From: Vulcanimicrobiota bacterium
GTDB taxonomy: Bacteria > Vulcanimicrobiota > Xenobia > Xenobiales > JADMJV01
DNA: 64,000 nucleotides
Direction of reading: 5' to 3'
Assembly (NCBI GenBank): GCA_050250895.1
Contig: JBFWNU010000002.1
Coordinates: forward strand, 128,001 to 192,000
Positions 18,725-28,522 of the stretch are shown in pieces. The notes under the pieces are model-generated. The model had not been told where the DNA came from. It searched no databases and worked only from the letters and a program-made list of their open reading frames with translations. How positions within the stretch are numbered: position 1 is the stretch's first letter; each line of letters opens with the position of its first letter. Both the position numbers and the translations under genes were made by a program.

Positions 18725-18967
18725 TTAAAAGTCTTCCAGGCGAGCCACCTGAGCGGCTCGCAAGGCCAGCCGTCTCAGCTCGGCCAGGTCTTGTTGGGCC
18801 GCCAGCGACTCTTCGAGTCCGGGAGGGGTTTGCCCAAAGCGCGCGGCTAGCAGCGAAACCACGGTGTGACGAGCCTCGTCTAGTTGGCCGGATTGGTGGC
18901 CCTGCTTTAGGCCCTGCTCAAGGCCCTTTTGGATACCCATCTGCTCGATCGAAGAAATGTAGGGCAC
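18725..18967 (-). CDS. Orphan RpnS-like protein (Rpn C-terminal domain only)
   Basis: VPYISSIEQMGIQKG...RFG...RLEDF. Keeps the AAGGAGG SD; Rpn homology ends at about 19009 and the nuclease domain is missing. Confidence 0.7.
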   Translation of the reverse strand: MPYISSIEQMGIQKGLEQGLKQGHQSGQLDEARHTVVSLLAARFGQTPPGLEESLAAQQDLAELRRLALRAAQVARLEDF

Positions 18968-19083
18968 GGCGTCCTCCTTTTCATACTTTGCCAGCTTTTC
19001 GAGGAATTGTCGAGGAAGGCGGCCAAAGTCGATGCACCTGGCTAATCCTCAAGGCAACTGACAGGCGGACGGTCGCCGGGACC

Positions 19084-20262
19084 CTATCGCCGCACCTCCC
19101 TGGCTTCCTCGTTTGTTGGCTCCGTTCCAGGACTCGTCCCGGTGGTAGGCGGGGGCGAGACCATCTTCTGGGTCTGGGCGTCGATCTCACCGAGAATGGT
19201 CAGCCGGTCGTTCGCAATCAGATTTGGCGAGGCAAGAACGGCCCGCACCAGGGCGTCGTAAGAAGGATCTGCCTTTACTTGATTGATGAGCGGCGTGGTC
19301 TGACTCTCATTGGCAACTTGGTTAAAGGCGGGTCCAGGGGAGCCAGAGGGCGAAGCCGGCATTTTATGCCTGGAGGCGGCTAGCAGTGCCCGTTGTGCCA
19401 CAAAGTCTCGATAGGGCTTGGACAGCTCTTTGAGGGAAAACCAGTCCTCGCGGTGGGTTGTATGGGTGACCTCCACCAACATCATGGAGAGATCCTCTCT
19501 TTGGAACCCTGCAGGTACCCGAGAGATGAGCTTGGTCGTGGCCTCGGTCGGGTCAGCCCATGTGCAGTCTCTGACCATCGTCGTTACCTTGTTGATGAAC
19601 TCGTTGTCAATTGCTCTATTGTTGGCCTTGTAAATGACATAGTGACCCGCTTGCGGGCGTTCCAAGACAGTCGAGTAGCTTACCTCCAGCACGTTATCCC
19701 GGAATTGTAGAACAGATTCAACGCCGCTCATAATCGTCTCCGAGTATTCATCAGCATTGGCGGGTACGCTCACACCAGCGATCTTGGTTACGGAGGCCAG
19801 GACCTGAAAGAAGGGCTGGGTCAAATTGTCGTCTTCGAGTTTGGCCTTCACTAGAGCCAGATTCAGCCGAATGCCACCCCCAACATACGGAGCGGGGCCC
19901 AATAAAGGCTGGTTAAAAATCATGATGCGTTGGTGGTCTTCACCATGCTCCTTCTGAAAGACGTTAGGGTCGCCGAGGCAACTCACTTGCTTCCATTCAC
20001 CGTCGCTGGCGTCGAGGATGGAGATCTGACTACGGACCGAGGCAAAATACCGTCTCCAATACCATTTGTCTTCGTCGAGGGTGGCTGCCCGAGCCCGAAT
20101 TTTGACGTAGAACTGTTGATGATTTCTTAGGCAATCGGCGTCTGTCTCGCTGGGAATGAATATAATTCCAACCTGGTCGTCGGCACCTGCCTGAGCCCCC
20201 CAGACTAGTAAGAGCGTGACAGCTAAGCCTATTATTCGTAATACCGGTATTGCTTTGTTCAT
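19084..20262 (-). CDS. Hypothetical secreted protein, lower GC than flanks
   Basis: Signal-peptide-like N-terminus; AGGGGG SD; 392 aa ORF. Confidence 0.75.
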   Translation of the reverse strand: MNKAIPVLRIIGLAVTLLLVWGAQAGADDQVGIIFIPSETDADCLRNHQQFYVKIRARAATLDEDKWYWRRYFASVRSQISILDASDGEWKQVSCLGDPNVFQKEHGEDHQRIMIFNQPLLGPAPYVGGGIRLNLALVKAKLEDDNLTQPFFQVLASVTKIAGVSVPANADEYSETIMSGVESVLQFRDNVLEVSYSTVLERPQAGHYVIYKANNRAIDNEFINKVTTMVRDCTWADPTEATTKLISRVPAGFQREDLSMMLVEVTHTTHREDWFSLKELSKPYRDFVAQRALLAASRHKMPASPSGSPGPAFNQVANESQTTPLINQVKADPSYDALVRAVLASPNLIANDRLTILGEIDAQTQKMVSPPPTTGTSPGTEPTNEEAREVRR

Positions 20263-20461
20263 TCTTCCCCCTGGGTGACGTAGTTCTTTGCTCTGATAGA
20301 TTGGAGTGGCCTATGACGTGGATATTGATTGATAGGCCTGGCTTGCCGCATCCCCCAGGTGGCCAGAGAGAGGCTTGTTTTGGGCTTGGCTCGTTGGGTG
20401 TGGCTACATCGAATCGACGCTCGGTGATAGGTCTGTCCCCGCGCGTGTAGAAGTCTTGGGC

Positions 20462-21226
20462 ATGGACCGCCTGTTGAAGATCGGATTTGAATGTGTTGGT
20501 CACTGGACGTTGCAGAACGGCCAGCCGGTTTGCCAGCTCGAACGCCACACCACCTCGCATAATCTCCTCTATGCTCTGGTCAGCGACGGAGACGTGAAGT
20601 ACCTCGGCAAGACCATCAAAGACCTCAAAACGAGGATGGACCAGTATCAGAACCCTGGGTCCGGCCAGTCGACCAACATCAAGAACCACGAGAACATCAG
20701 GCGGCTGTTGCAGGCGGGGGAGGCCGTTGATGTGCTGGTTCTGGTCGACAACGGGCTGCTCCACTACGGAGACTTTCACGTCAATCTCGCCGCTGGACTC
20801 GAGGATAGTCTGATCGCGACCCTCTCGCCCGAATGGAACGGGTCACGACGGAGAAAGGCGGCCGTCGCGCGCTCTGGGGCCGTGACCGTATCGCCTCCCC
20901 CTGAAGCCGCTGTCCCCCAGCGGTTGCCCGGTCGAAGTTTTCGCATCACACTGGGTAAGACCTATTACGAGAAGGGTTTCTTCAACGTGCCGACCGACTT
21001 TTCGGACCGATTCGGCGAGGACCGCGAGCGCGTGTCTATCTTCTTGGGAGAGAGCGGACGGGTCGTCGACGGGTATATCAACCGGACCGCCAATCCCGAC
21101 TCTGGTGCGCCCCGGGTCTTCGGAGGCGCGACGCTACGGAACTGGGTTCAGAGCACCTTCAAGTTGAATGAGGCCGCCGAGGTCGAGGTCGTTTCTCCTC
21201 GCGAGATGGTCATCCGTCGGCCCTGA
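20462..21226 (+). CDS. GIY-YIG nuclease family protein with C-terminal beta domain
   Basis: LLYAL...VKYLGKT...L..RM..Y; AGLEDSLI...PEWN. Confidence 0.85.
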   Translation: MDRLLKIGFECVGHWTLQNGQPVCQLERHTTSHNLLYALVSDGDVKYLGKTIKDLKTRMDQYQNPGSGQSTNIKNHENIRRLLQAGEAVDVLVLVDNGLLHYGDFHVNLAAGLEDSLIATLSPEWNGSRRRKAAVARSGAVTVSPPPEAAVPQRLPGRSFRITLGKTYYEKGFFNVPTDFSDRFGEDRERVSIFLGESGRVVDGYINRTANPDSGAPRVFGGATLRNWVQSTFKLNEAAEVEVVSPREMVIRRP

Positions 21227-21234
21227 CGGAGCCG

Positions 21235-22113
21235 TTGGCTGGTAGGTTGGCTCGCGAGGTCCGGGTCGACTCCCCGGCGGTCGACGTTTTGTTGGCTCAG
21301 GACGTACTCGTTGTCGCGGGCCGGGACCACCTCTCTGTGGTTGGACGCGACAGCAGAAGGAATTACCCCCTTTCCATCCAGGGCTTGGTGGCGGGCCCGG
21401 AGGCAAGTAGTGTCCTGTGTGTGGGGTCAGCGGCTGAGGCCGGCGCGCCAAGGCAGGTCTATCGGTTGGACACGGACACCAAAGCACTAGAGGCTATCGG
21501 CTCGCGCGCTATAGAGAGCTGGTCGAACAGGCACGACGGTGAGTTCTGGGTGGTCATCGAAGGCGACGAGGTGCACCTACTTCGGGCGAGGTCGCTGGAA
21601 CTCGAGAGAGCACATCGAACCTTCTGGCCGGTCTATACAGAGTTGTTCGAAGAGAAGCTCTACGTCGAGACCAGCAGTCTGGGAGCACGTCACTTTGAGG
21701 TGTTGTCCTATCCTGACCTGGCCCGGTTGGAGTCCGGTGATGTGCCCCGCTATCCTATCGACTTTCCCCAAGAGATTTGCAACCACTCTTGGCCCTCGCC
21801 CCGTGCCGAGGACCGGCGCTGTGCGGTTTGGCCCTGGCGGTCCACCGACGGTTCGCTACTTGCCCGCGTCATCACATCAAGTGGTGACGTTCTGGCCTAT
21901 CTCCCGTCGCGGGCCGAGGGCCTTGTCTGTGCTTCTGGCTGGACCGTCGTCTGGGCGCAGTGTGAACAGGGCCTGGAGTTTCAGCTCATCGGTGAGCATC
22001 CGCGCCGTTTTCTGCTTCCGGAGGCTGACCGAGCTTGCGCGAGATTCTGCCAGGGGAAGCTGTTGATTGGCGATTCTACAGGTCGGGTTCTTGAGATGGC
22101 TCTGGCCCCTTAA
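21235..22113 (+). CDS. Hypothetical protein
   Basis: 292-aa ORF filling the gap, co-oriented with the GIY-YIG gene. Confidence 0.55.
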   Translation: MAGRLAREVRVDSPAVDVLLAQDVLVVAGRDHLSVVGRDSRRNYPLSIQGLVAGPEASSVLCVGSAAEAGAPRQVYRLDTDTKALEAIGSRAIESWSNRHDGEFWVVIEGDEVHLLRARSLELERAHRTFWPVYTELFEEKLYVETSSLGARHFEVLSYPDLARLESGDVPRYPIDFPQEICNHSWPSPRAEDRRCAVWPWRSTDGSLLARVITSSGDVLAYLPSRAEGLVCASGWTVVWAQCEQGLEFQLIGEHPRRFLLPEADRACARFCQGKLLIGDSTGRVLEMALAP

Positions 22114-25100
22114 GCTGATGGCACTCCCAATTCCTCGTAGAGACGACTCGGCACCGACTCATGCAGACGCCAGCGGACAGTGATGGGGCGTTCGTCCTCC
22201 CAGTCGACGAAGTCTACTTCGCCGCAGTAGATGAACGGGCTACGCTTTTGCGGACGAATAAATAGGTGGATCAGCAAACCGTCCTCCGCCTGCTGACTGA
22301 TGATTCTGCCGTGCTTGCTATCCTGGACGGTACGGTTTTGGCTTTGCCACTGGAACACACCTGACGAGAGAAAGTGGTCTGTGTAGGCCGTCGGCATATC
22401 GCGTTTGTCAAGCGTCACCAGCAGGAAGACGTGACGGTCACTAACCACAAAGCCCTGATTCCAACTACCAGTGTTGAACTCCAGACCGAATAGTCCGGGA
22501 ATCTGTTCGCGGGAGTAGCGTTTCCAACGAACCGGTCCCTGGCTAGCCAAGCCGACCGGGAGCATCTCCCAGCCACTTGAACCGGGCTCGAAGTTCACTC
22601 TATGTACGGTGCCAGGCAAGCCGGCGTCGGGTCCGAACCAGCCGCGCAATAGCTGGGGAAGCGAGTTTGCACCACCTTCCTTGTCGCGAACCAATTCCAG
22701 AGATGACGACAAGAACTCACCGTGATACGCTTTGCCGTCGACCGTGAGTTTGGTCCAGCCAGAAGGGCTAGGGCCCGTTTGCTCCCAGGAGACAACCGGC
22801 TTGCCGCCGCGGTGACTTAGTCTGGCCTCAAACGCCTTGCTCTTGGACGATGGCCGGTCAAGATACTCCGCCAGGCGCCATTCCGCCAATTCCCTCACCA
22901 ACTCCAGAAACGCGTCGCTGCCTTCCAGGCCGACAGAGCGGAAAGTCTCGCCGTCAAAGTCGAAGAAATTCCCTTGAACCCACGCATTGATTGGGTTCTT
23001 GGCAACTGAGCGTCGGACCTTAGCCGCATCCTCGAGGGGAGCCGCGATATCTGCCCGAAGCTTAGCATTCCTCTGGGCGATTCGAATGAACCCATCGGTC
23101 AGTTCATCCAGCGCGATTGAACCCGGGAATCGACCTTGGTTGAGCATTGACAGTAGAGTCACCATCTTATAGCTTCTGGTCATTTTGGTGGTCTCTAAAT
23201 CCTCGAGAAAACTTCGATTTCTAACGAAGGCATCGTCTTGCGCAGGACTCAATCCCCCCATCATCCGAACGAACCCGAGCCATGAACCGAAGCCCCCCCT
23301 GGCGTCTCCTGGGTTGTAGCCGTCCTGATAGGCTTCGACCGCCGAAGGCCGATGGTCTTGCAGATGGACGAAGTCCTCATAATAGAGGCGCAGCGCCTCG
23401 TCTTTCTTGGGAGAACGAAGCAGGCCCCGGAGGATGTCCACCGCGGCCAGGTCATAGACCACTTCACAGCCGGTCGGCAAAAGGAACTCGCCACGCTCGA
23501 TGAGCTTGAGAGCGTGTGAGAGCTGAGCGTCCGAGGCGCGTCCAGAGGCACCAGTCATCTCGGCCAGCAAGGTCTCGATCTTGAGCAGAAAACTGCGATG
23601 ATTGCCAATGTAGTCGATGACCGAAAGATGCGATTTGCCCTCGGCCCGGCGCAGACCGCGGCCCAACTGCTGCAGCCAGAGAATGCGCGACTCGGTGGGG
23701 CGCAGCATCATTACCGTGTCGATGGTCGGCACGTCGACTCCTTCGTTGAACATGTCGACGCAGCAGATGATGTCGAGTTCGCCGCGAGCCAGCCGTTCTA
23801 GCGAGGCGGCTCGGGGAGCGCTCGCTGCACCGGAATGCACGGCCACGGCCCGCAAGCCATGCTCGCGAAAGAACTCGCTCATGAAGTCGGCGTGAAGCAT
23901 CGAGCAGCAGAAGGCCAGGGTGCGCTCACCGCCTCGCAGTCGATACTGCTCGAGCGCGTTCTCGGCCCGCTGGCGAGTGGCCAGGGCGTTGGTCAGAGCC
24001 TCTGGCTCAAAGCGCGAACTGCGCCAGGGGATGTTGGCGTAGTCCACTTCGTCGGGCACACCAAAGTAACGAAAGGGGCTCAGATACTCGCGCTCGACCC
24101 CGCGGGCCAGGTCGCACCGATAGACCAGATTTTGTCCGCACAGAGCCAGCAAATCGCCACCGTCGGAGCGCTCGGGAGTGGCCGTCAAACCCAGCATGAA
24201 GGTCGGCTCGAAATACTCGATGAGCCTGCGATAAGTGGTCGCGCAGGCGTGATGAAATTCGTCCACGACGATATAATCAAAGGCTTTGCGGTCAAATAGG
24301 CGATGATGGCTCACCTTGCCCAGGGTCTGGATGCTCGCGAAGAGAACCTCGGCCTCGGGCACCTTTTCCTGACCCGTGTAGAGCCCAAGTCGAGCCCTTG
24401 GCCGAATGCGACGGTAGGTGTCGCGAGCCTGGTTGAGGATCTCCTCACGGTGGGCCACGAACAGCACGCGTCGAAACGGACGACTGTCAAAAGCAGACAG
24501 CCAGGTCTTGCCCAGGCCTGTGGCCAGGACCACCAGCCCGGCCCGATTGCCGGCCTCGCGGGTGGCCTGTAGAGCGGCCAGTGCCTCCTTCTGGATCTCG
24601 TGGGGCTCAGGCGGGGGAGCCAACGGCTCGGCCACCAGTTCTGGCTGCCGAGGCAGTGCCTCGGGGCTGCGCCGCCGCCCCCGATAGCGCTCGACCCAGT
24701 CGTAGGTGAGCGGAACGGTGTAAGGATGACGGAAGAGGCTCTCGAAGGCCGCCCGCACCTGGGCCAGGCCGGCCGCCTCATCGACCACTCGATAGTTCCA
24801 CTCGACCGTTTCTTCCCAGGCCGGACGGGTGAGGTTGGAGCTGCCCACATAGGCCGTCTCGCGTCCGTTGCGGTCGATGAGCAGGTAAGACTTGGGGTGA
24901 AAACCCGAGCGGCTCCGGCCGGTCTCGAATACCCTCAGCTCGACCTTGCCTTCCAGGTCGAGCAGGCGGATCAGGGCATCCGGGTCGGTCAGGTCAAGAT
25001 AGTCGCCGGTGACGATACGCAGGCCTCCGTCACGTTGCTGTAGCAGATCTTTTAAGTGCGCTTCCACCAGGTCGATTCCGCTGGGCAGAATGAACGCCAC

Positions 25101-25565
25101 TGCGATGTCCAACTGCACGGCCTGGTCGAGATCCTTCATCAGCACTCGCCGCAAGGGGTCGGTGACATCGCCAGCGATTAACCGGCGTTCATCGTCGAGA
25201 TAGTTGGGCCGCCCCGGAATCACGCTCCGCACCCCGCCAGTCGGGTCGCCGACATCGCCGCGATAACGAGGGATCACGTGAACATGGAGATGAGGCACCG
25301 TCTGGCCGGCCACTTCGCCGACGTTGATGCCGATGTTGAAACCTTCAGGTTGGTGTCTCTCCAGGATTGCGTCCCGGGCGATCGCGACCGCCTCCATCAG
25401 TTCGCGCTGTTCGGCCGGCGAGGCTGCAAACCAATCCGACACCAGGCGTCGGGTCACCAGCAAAGCGTGCCCCGGGCTGACGGGGAAGGCATCCCACAGG
25501 CCCAGCACTTTGTCGCCCTGGTGAAAGACCAGCTTCGGGTCCGGGTCAAGAAAGGGTGAATTCAT
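22110..25565 (-). CDS. HIT-PLD-SF2 helicase-DUF3427 fusion (NgoFVII/type III-restriction-like)
   Basis: HLHVH (HIT), HPKSY..GSSNLT (PLD), ATGLGKT, DEFHH, TAT and QQLGRGLR (helicase), FQWQSQN (DUF3427). Confidence 0.92.
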   Translation of the reverse strand: MNSPFLDPDPKLVFHQGDKVLGLWDAFPVSPGHALLVTRRLVSDWFAASPAEQRELMEAVAIARDAILERHQPEGFNIGINVGEVAGQTVPHLHVHVIPRYRGDVGDPTGGVRSVIPGRPNYLDDERRLIAGDVTDPLRRVLMKDLDQAVQLDIAVAFILPSGIDLVEAHLKDLLQQRDGGLRIVTGDYLDLTDPDALIRLLDLEGKVELRVFETGRSRSGFHPKSYLLIDRNGRETAYVGSSNLTRPAWEETVEWNYRVVDEAAGLAQVRAAFESLFRHPYTVPLTYDWVERYRGRRRSPEALPRQPELVAEPLAPPPEPHEIQKEALAALQATREAGNRAGLVVLATGLGKTWLSAFDSRPFRRVLFVAHREEILNQARDTYRRIRPRARLGLYTGQEKVPEAEVLFASIQTLGKVSHHRLFDRKAFDYIVVDEFHHACATTYRRLIEYFEPTFMLGLTATPERSDGGDLLALCGQNLVYRCDLARGVEREYLSPFRYFGVPDEVDYANIPWRSSRFEPEALTNALATRQRAENALEQYRLRGGERTLAFCCSMLHADFMSEFFREHGLRAVAVHSGAASAPRAASLERLARGELDIICCVDMFNEGVDVPTIDTVMMLRPTESRILWLQQLGRGLRRAEGKSHLSVIDYIGNHRSFLLKIETLLAEMTGASGRASDAQLSHALKLIERGEFLLPTGCEVVYDLAAVDILRGLLRSPKKDEALRLYYEDFVHLQDHRPSAVEAYQDGYNPGDARGGFGSWLGFVRMMGGLSPAQDDAFVRNRSFLEDLETTKMTRSYKMVTLLSMLNQGRFPGSIALDELTDGFIRIAQRNAKLRADIAAPLEDAAKVRRSVAKNPINAWVQGNFFDFDGETFRSVGLEGSDAFLELVRELAEWRLAEYLDRPSSKSKAFEARLSHRGGKPVVSWEQTGPSPSGWTKLTVDGKAYHGEFLSSSLELVRDKEGGANSLPQLLRGWFGPDAGLPGTVHRVNFEPGSSGWEMLPVGLASQGPVRWKRYSREQIPGLFGLEFNTGSWNQGFVVSDRHVFLLVTLDKRDMPTAYTDHFLSSGVFQWQSQNRTVQDSKHGRIISQQAEDGLLIHLFIRPQKRSPFIYCGEVDFVDWEDERPITVRWRLHESVPSRLYEELGVPSA

Positions 25566-26047
25566 CGGGTAACCACTTCCAAGCGGCCATCCAGCCCCGC
25601 TTCGACACACTCACTGCAGCGCCAGCTCGACATCGGCCGGCCCGCCTTGCGGCTGGCTCCGCAAACCGGACAGCGGTGGATGTAGACGGTCCTCGGCTGC
25701 GGGTTCTTACTGACCACCTCAACCTGCGTACGAGGTGGGTAGCCGGCCAGGTCGACCAGGGTCTGCCACTCGCGGCCGTGAGGTCGAGCCTTTCCATGCA
25801 GACGATAGACCACGAAGTGGGCAAACTCATGACACAGGGCCTCTTCAAGCAGTTCGGGGTATCGTGTGAGCAGCGGTTGGCTCAGGCGAATCTCGCCTCG
25901 GGCCGGCCAGCACCTTCCCAGTGTCGCCGTCATGCGTCGGCTGAATTTGACTGTCACGGCTTGCTCCAGCCCTGGCTGGCCCCAGCGTCTCGCCCAATTG
26001 GCCAACAAGGGAGCGCAATCCATTTCTTCTAACTTGAGTGCATCCAT
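25562..26047 (-). CDS. SprT-like Zn metalloprotease with Zn ribbon
   Basis: HEFAH, HGREW and CPVC..CSEC; ATGA overlap with the helicase start. Confidence 0.88.
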   Translation of the reverse strand: MDALKLEEMDCAPLLANWARRWGQPGLEQAVTVKFSRRMTATLGRCWPARGEIRLSQPLLTRYPELLEEALCHEFAHFVVYRLHGKARPHGREWQTLVDLAGYPPRTQVEVVSKNPQPRTVYIHRCPVCGASRKAGRPMSSWRCSECVEAGLDGRLEVVTR

Positions 26048-26124
26048 GGTTGTTGACGTGTACTTTGCCTGAGGCGTAACCTGCCCTCCTCGAAGAGCCT
26101 AACAGCCGTGAGTGACAGAGGCTG

Positions 26125-26557
26125 TCACTCCTTCTCGACCAGCGATGCCAGCACAAAGCGCAGTTCACTGCGGGCGAAGACGACGTGCGTCTCCGGAAAG
26201 ACCAGGACACAATCAAAGGGTGGTCGTTCAAGATACCAGATGCCGTCCATGCTCCCGAACCGGTCGAATTGCCAGTCAGGCTCGGGGCATTCCAACCGCT
26301 GACCTGACACCAAATCGACTAGACCACAGAGCCTTCGGCACCACGTAAACCGCATAGGTGGGCAAAGCCTCGCGAAGCAACAACCGTGAACTCGCGTCCT
26401 CAAAGAAGTCGGACCCGTCACCGTAAATTTGCAGAAAGCACTCCGTCTGGTCTCGAAAAAGGGCACCTGATCCAATGAACTCGTCGAGACTGGCCAAGCT
26501 TCCCCGTTCCCTCCTGAGCAGCACCCCTCCTCGCTCCAGACCCCCCGTCGTCCTCAC
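26125..26557 (-). pseudogene. Possible frameshifted hypothetical gene
   Basis: Two overlapping minus-strand ORFs, each protein-like in complementary halves, switching near 26310. Confidence 0.3.
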
Positions 26558-26628
26558 AACTAGCGGAACACACGTATTCGCGCCTGAGCGCTGAGGGACA
26601 AACCGGGAGACTGTAGAAAGTAGTTACC

Positions 26629-26913
26629 GTGACTTTCGACGACCTGCCCGAGGAATGCACCCCCGAGCTCCTCGACCAGCTCAAGACGGTCCTGGATAAG
26701 CTCGACCTCATGCGCCTCTGCGACCGAATGCTGCCCCTCGAGGGCGAGCAGGAGCAGCTGTTCCGGGCTGACCTGGAGGAGTTTCTCGGCGAAGCCTGCC
26801 CCATCAGTGCCAAGCTGCTGGCTTCGGTCGACTTCGACCTGAGCCGGCTCGACCTGGCTCCCCTACGCCAGAAGATCGAAGCCGTCAGAGCCCACCTCGC
26901 CGCTACCCAATGA
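26629..26913 (+). CDS. Hypothetical protein
   Basis: Strong codon bias; ATGA overlap with the next gene. Confidence 0.7.
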   Translation: MTFDDLPEECTPELLDQLKTVLDKLDLMRLCDRMLPLEGEQEQLFRADLEEFLGEACPISAKLLASVDFDLSRLDLAPLRQKIEAVRAHLAATQ

Positions 26914-27431
26914 CTCGACGAGCCCCCCAGCTCGATCAGTGCGAAAACTGGACCTTCGAGGCCGTCGCCCAACGCTACCACGACTACTGCCGCCGCTACC
27001 GTGTGAAATGGAGTCCTGTCGAAGTCCAGGCATACTACCGAGAGCGACGGTGGCTCACGGGCATCCTTCGTCCGCTCATCTTGCGAGCCAAACAGGGCGA
27101 CCTGGCCGCCGCCGAGGTCTGCATCGAGCTAATGGAAGAGGACCGCGGTCTGGCCTTCGGCTGCATCCTCAAATCGAACATCCCCCGGGCCATCTCGAAG
27201 TGTGCCCTGACGCCGTATCAGCAAGACCGAATCCGGCAACGGGTCCTGGACATGCTGACCCGAGGCTACCTGCCCAAGGAGTTCCGGCAGTATGCCTGGC
27301 TGGTGCGCAAGCTCGGCTTGTTGACCTCGCCAGAATGGCAGGCTCGCCTCGACCAGGTCGACGACTCGAATCCCTGGGCGGCGTGGTACATCCAGTATCT
27401 GACCAAACCCCACCCACCGCGTCAGCCTTGA
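26910..27431 (+). CDS. Hypothetical protein
   Basis: Coupled ORF with host-like codon usage. Confidence 0.7.
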   Translation: MTRRAPQLDQCENWTFEAVAQRYHDYCRRYRVKWSPVEVQAYYRERRWLTGILRPLILRAKQGDLAAAEVCIELMEEDRGLAFGCILKSNIPRAISKCALTPYQQDRIRQRVLDMLTRGYLPKEFRQYAWLVRKLGLLTSPEWQARLDQVDDSNPWAAWYIQYLTKPHPPRQP

Positions 27432-27485
27432 ACGAGCCTCGGCCTCGATTGAGGAAGTTTCAACTCCGCTCGGCCCGGGCATGCC

Positions 27486-27929
27486 ATGGGCATGGATGAA
27501 GCCAAACTGATTCACAAGCTCAAGCTGCTCGAGGCGATCTTCGCCGACACCGACAAAGAAGGAGAGCGCGTGGCCGCGGGTCTGGCCCGGGACCGCATCC
27601 TGGCCCGACTCGCGCAAGTCGAGCGCGAAGACCCGCCCGTCGAGTTCCGCTTTGCCGTGCCCGACCCCTGGAAGCAGCGACTGCTGATGACGCTGCTGCG
27701 ACGCTACGGCATCCGTCCTTACCGCTACCACGGTCAGCGTCGGGCCACCGTGATGGCGCGCGTTTCGAGGCGTTTCGTCGATGAGACCCTGTGGCCCGAG
27801 TTTCAACAGTTTTCTCAAACCCTCGAGGAGTATCTCTCCGAGGTCACTGACCGGGTGCTGAAAACCGTGCTCGGAGAGGATGTCGCCGAGGCCGAAACGG
27901 TGACCCAGGGCGAGCTGCTGCTCACCTGA
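27486..27929 (+). CDS. Hypothetical protein (DUF2786-like N-terminal helix)
   Basis: KLKLLEAIFADTDKEGERVAA. Confidence 0.7.
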   Translation: MGMDEAKLIHKLKLLEAIFADTDKEGERVAAGLARDRILARLAQVEREDPPVEFRFAVPDPWKQRLLMTLLRRYGIRPYRYHGQRRATVMARVSRRFVDETLWPEFQQFSQTLEEYLSEVTDRVLKTVLGEDVAEAETVTQGELLLT

Positions 27930-27942
27930 GACCCGGTTCTTC

Positions 27943-28455
27943 TCAAACAGTCCATAAGAAGAGCAGCTTGGTCTCGACCATCAGCTCGCGCTGCGGCTTC
28001 CATAGGCCCATGTCGAAGCTGTGAGAGATCAACCGGGTCCCGGGCTTTAACTCGGCCTGCAGCTTGGGAAGCAGGGCCAGGTTGACGCTGTGCAACAGAT
28101 ACAGCGAGACCACCGTGGCCGGTTGAAAGTCGGCTTCGAAGAAGTTCTGGTGGCGAAAGCTGGCCAGTTCGTCAACCCCGGCAGAGACGGCCAGGACACG
28201 GCTGCGCAGCACCAACGACTTGTCGATGTCGATCCCCACCGCCTGGGCCCCTCGCAGGGCCGCCCCGATGACCAATCGGCCATCGCCCGAACCCAGGTCG
28301 TAGAAGACGTCCCTCGGCCCGACGCTGGCCAGATCGAGCATCGCCTCGACTACGGCCGGGGGAGTAGGAACATAGCGAATGTCTTTCTTCAACGACCAGA
28401 CGGTCGATGCAACCCGTTCGAGGACACCATTAACCTCCGCCACGATTGCCCGCAA
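27943..28455 (-). CDS. Class I SAM-dependent methyltransferase
   Basis: YVPTP..VVEAMLDLA; YDLGSGDGR; LKPGTRLISHSF. Confidence 0.9.
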   Translation of the reverse strand: MRAIVAEVNGVLERVASTVWSLKKDIRYVPTPPAVVEAMLDLASVGPRDVFYDLGSGDGRLVIGAALRGAQAVGIDIDKSLVLRSRVLAVSAGVDELASFRHQNFFEADFQPATVVSLYLLHSVNLALLPKLQAELKPGTRLISHSFDMGLWKPQRELMVETKLLFLWTV

Positions 28456-28522
28456 CCTTGGCCGGAGGCACCACGTTGGCCCTAACTTAACCAGAGCCGT
28501 CGCGAACTCCGCTATTTCTTGG

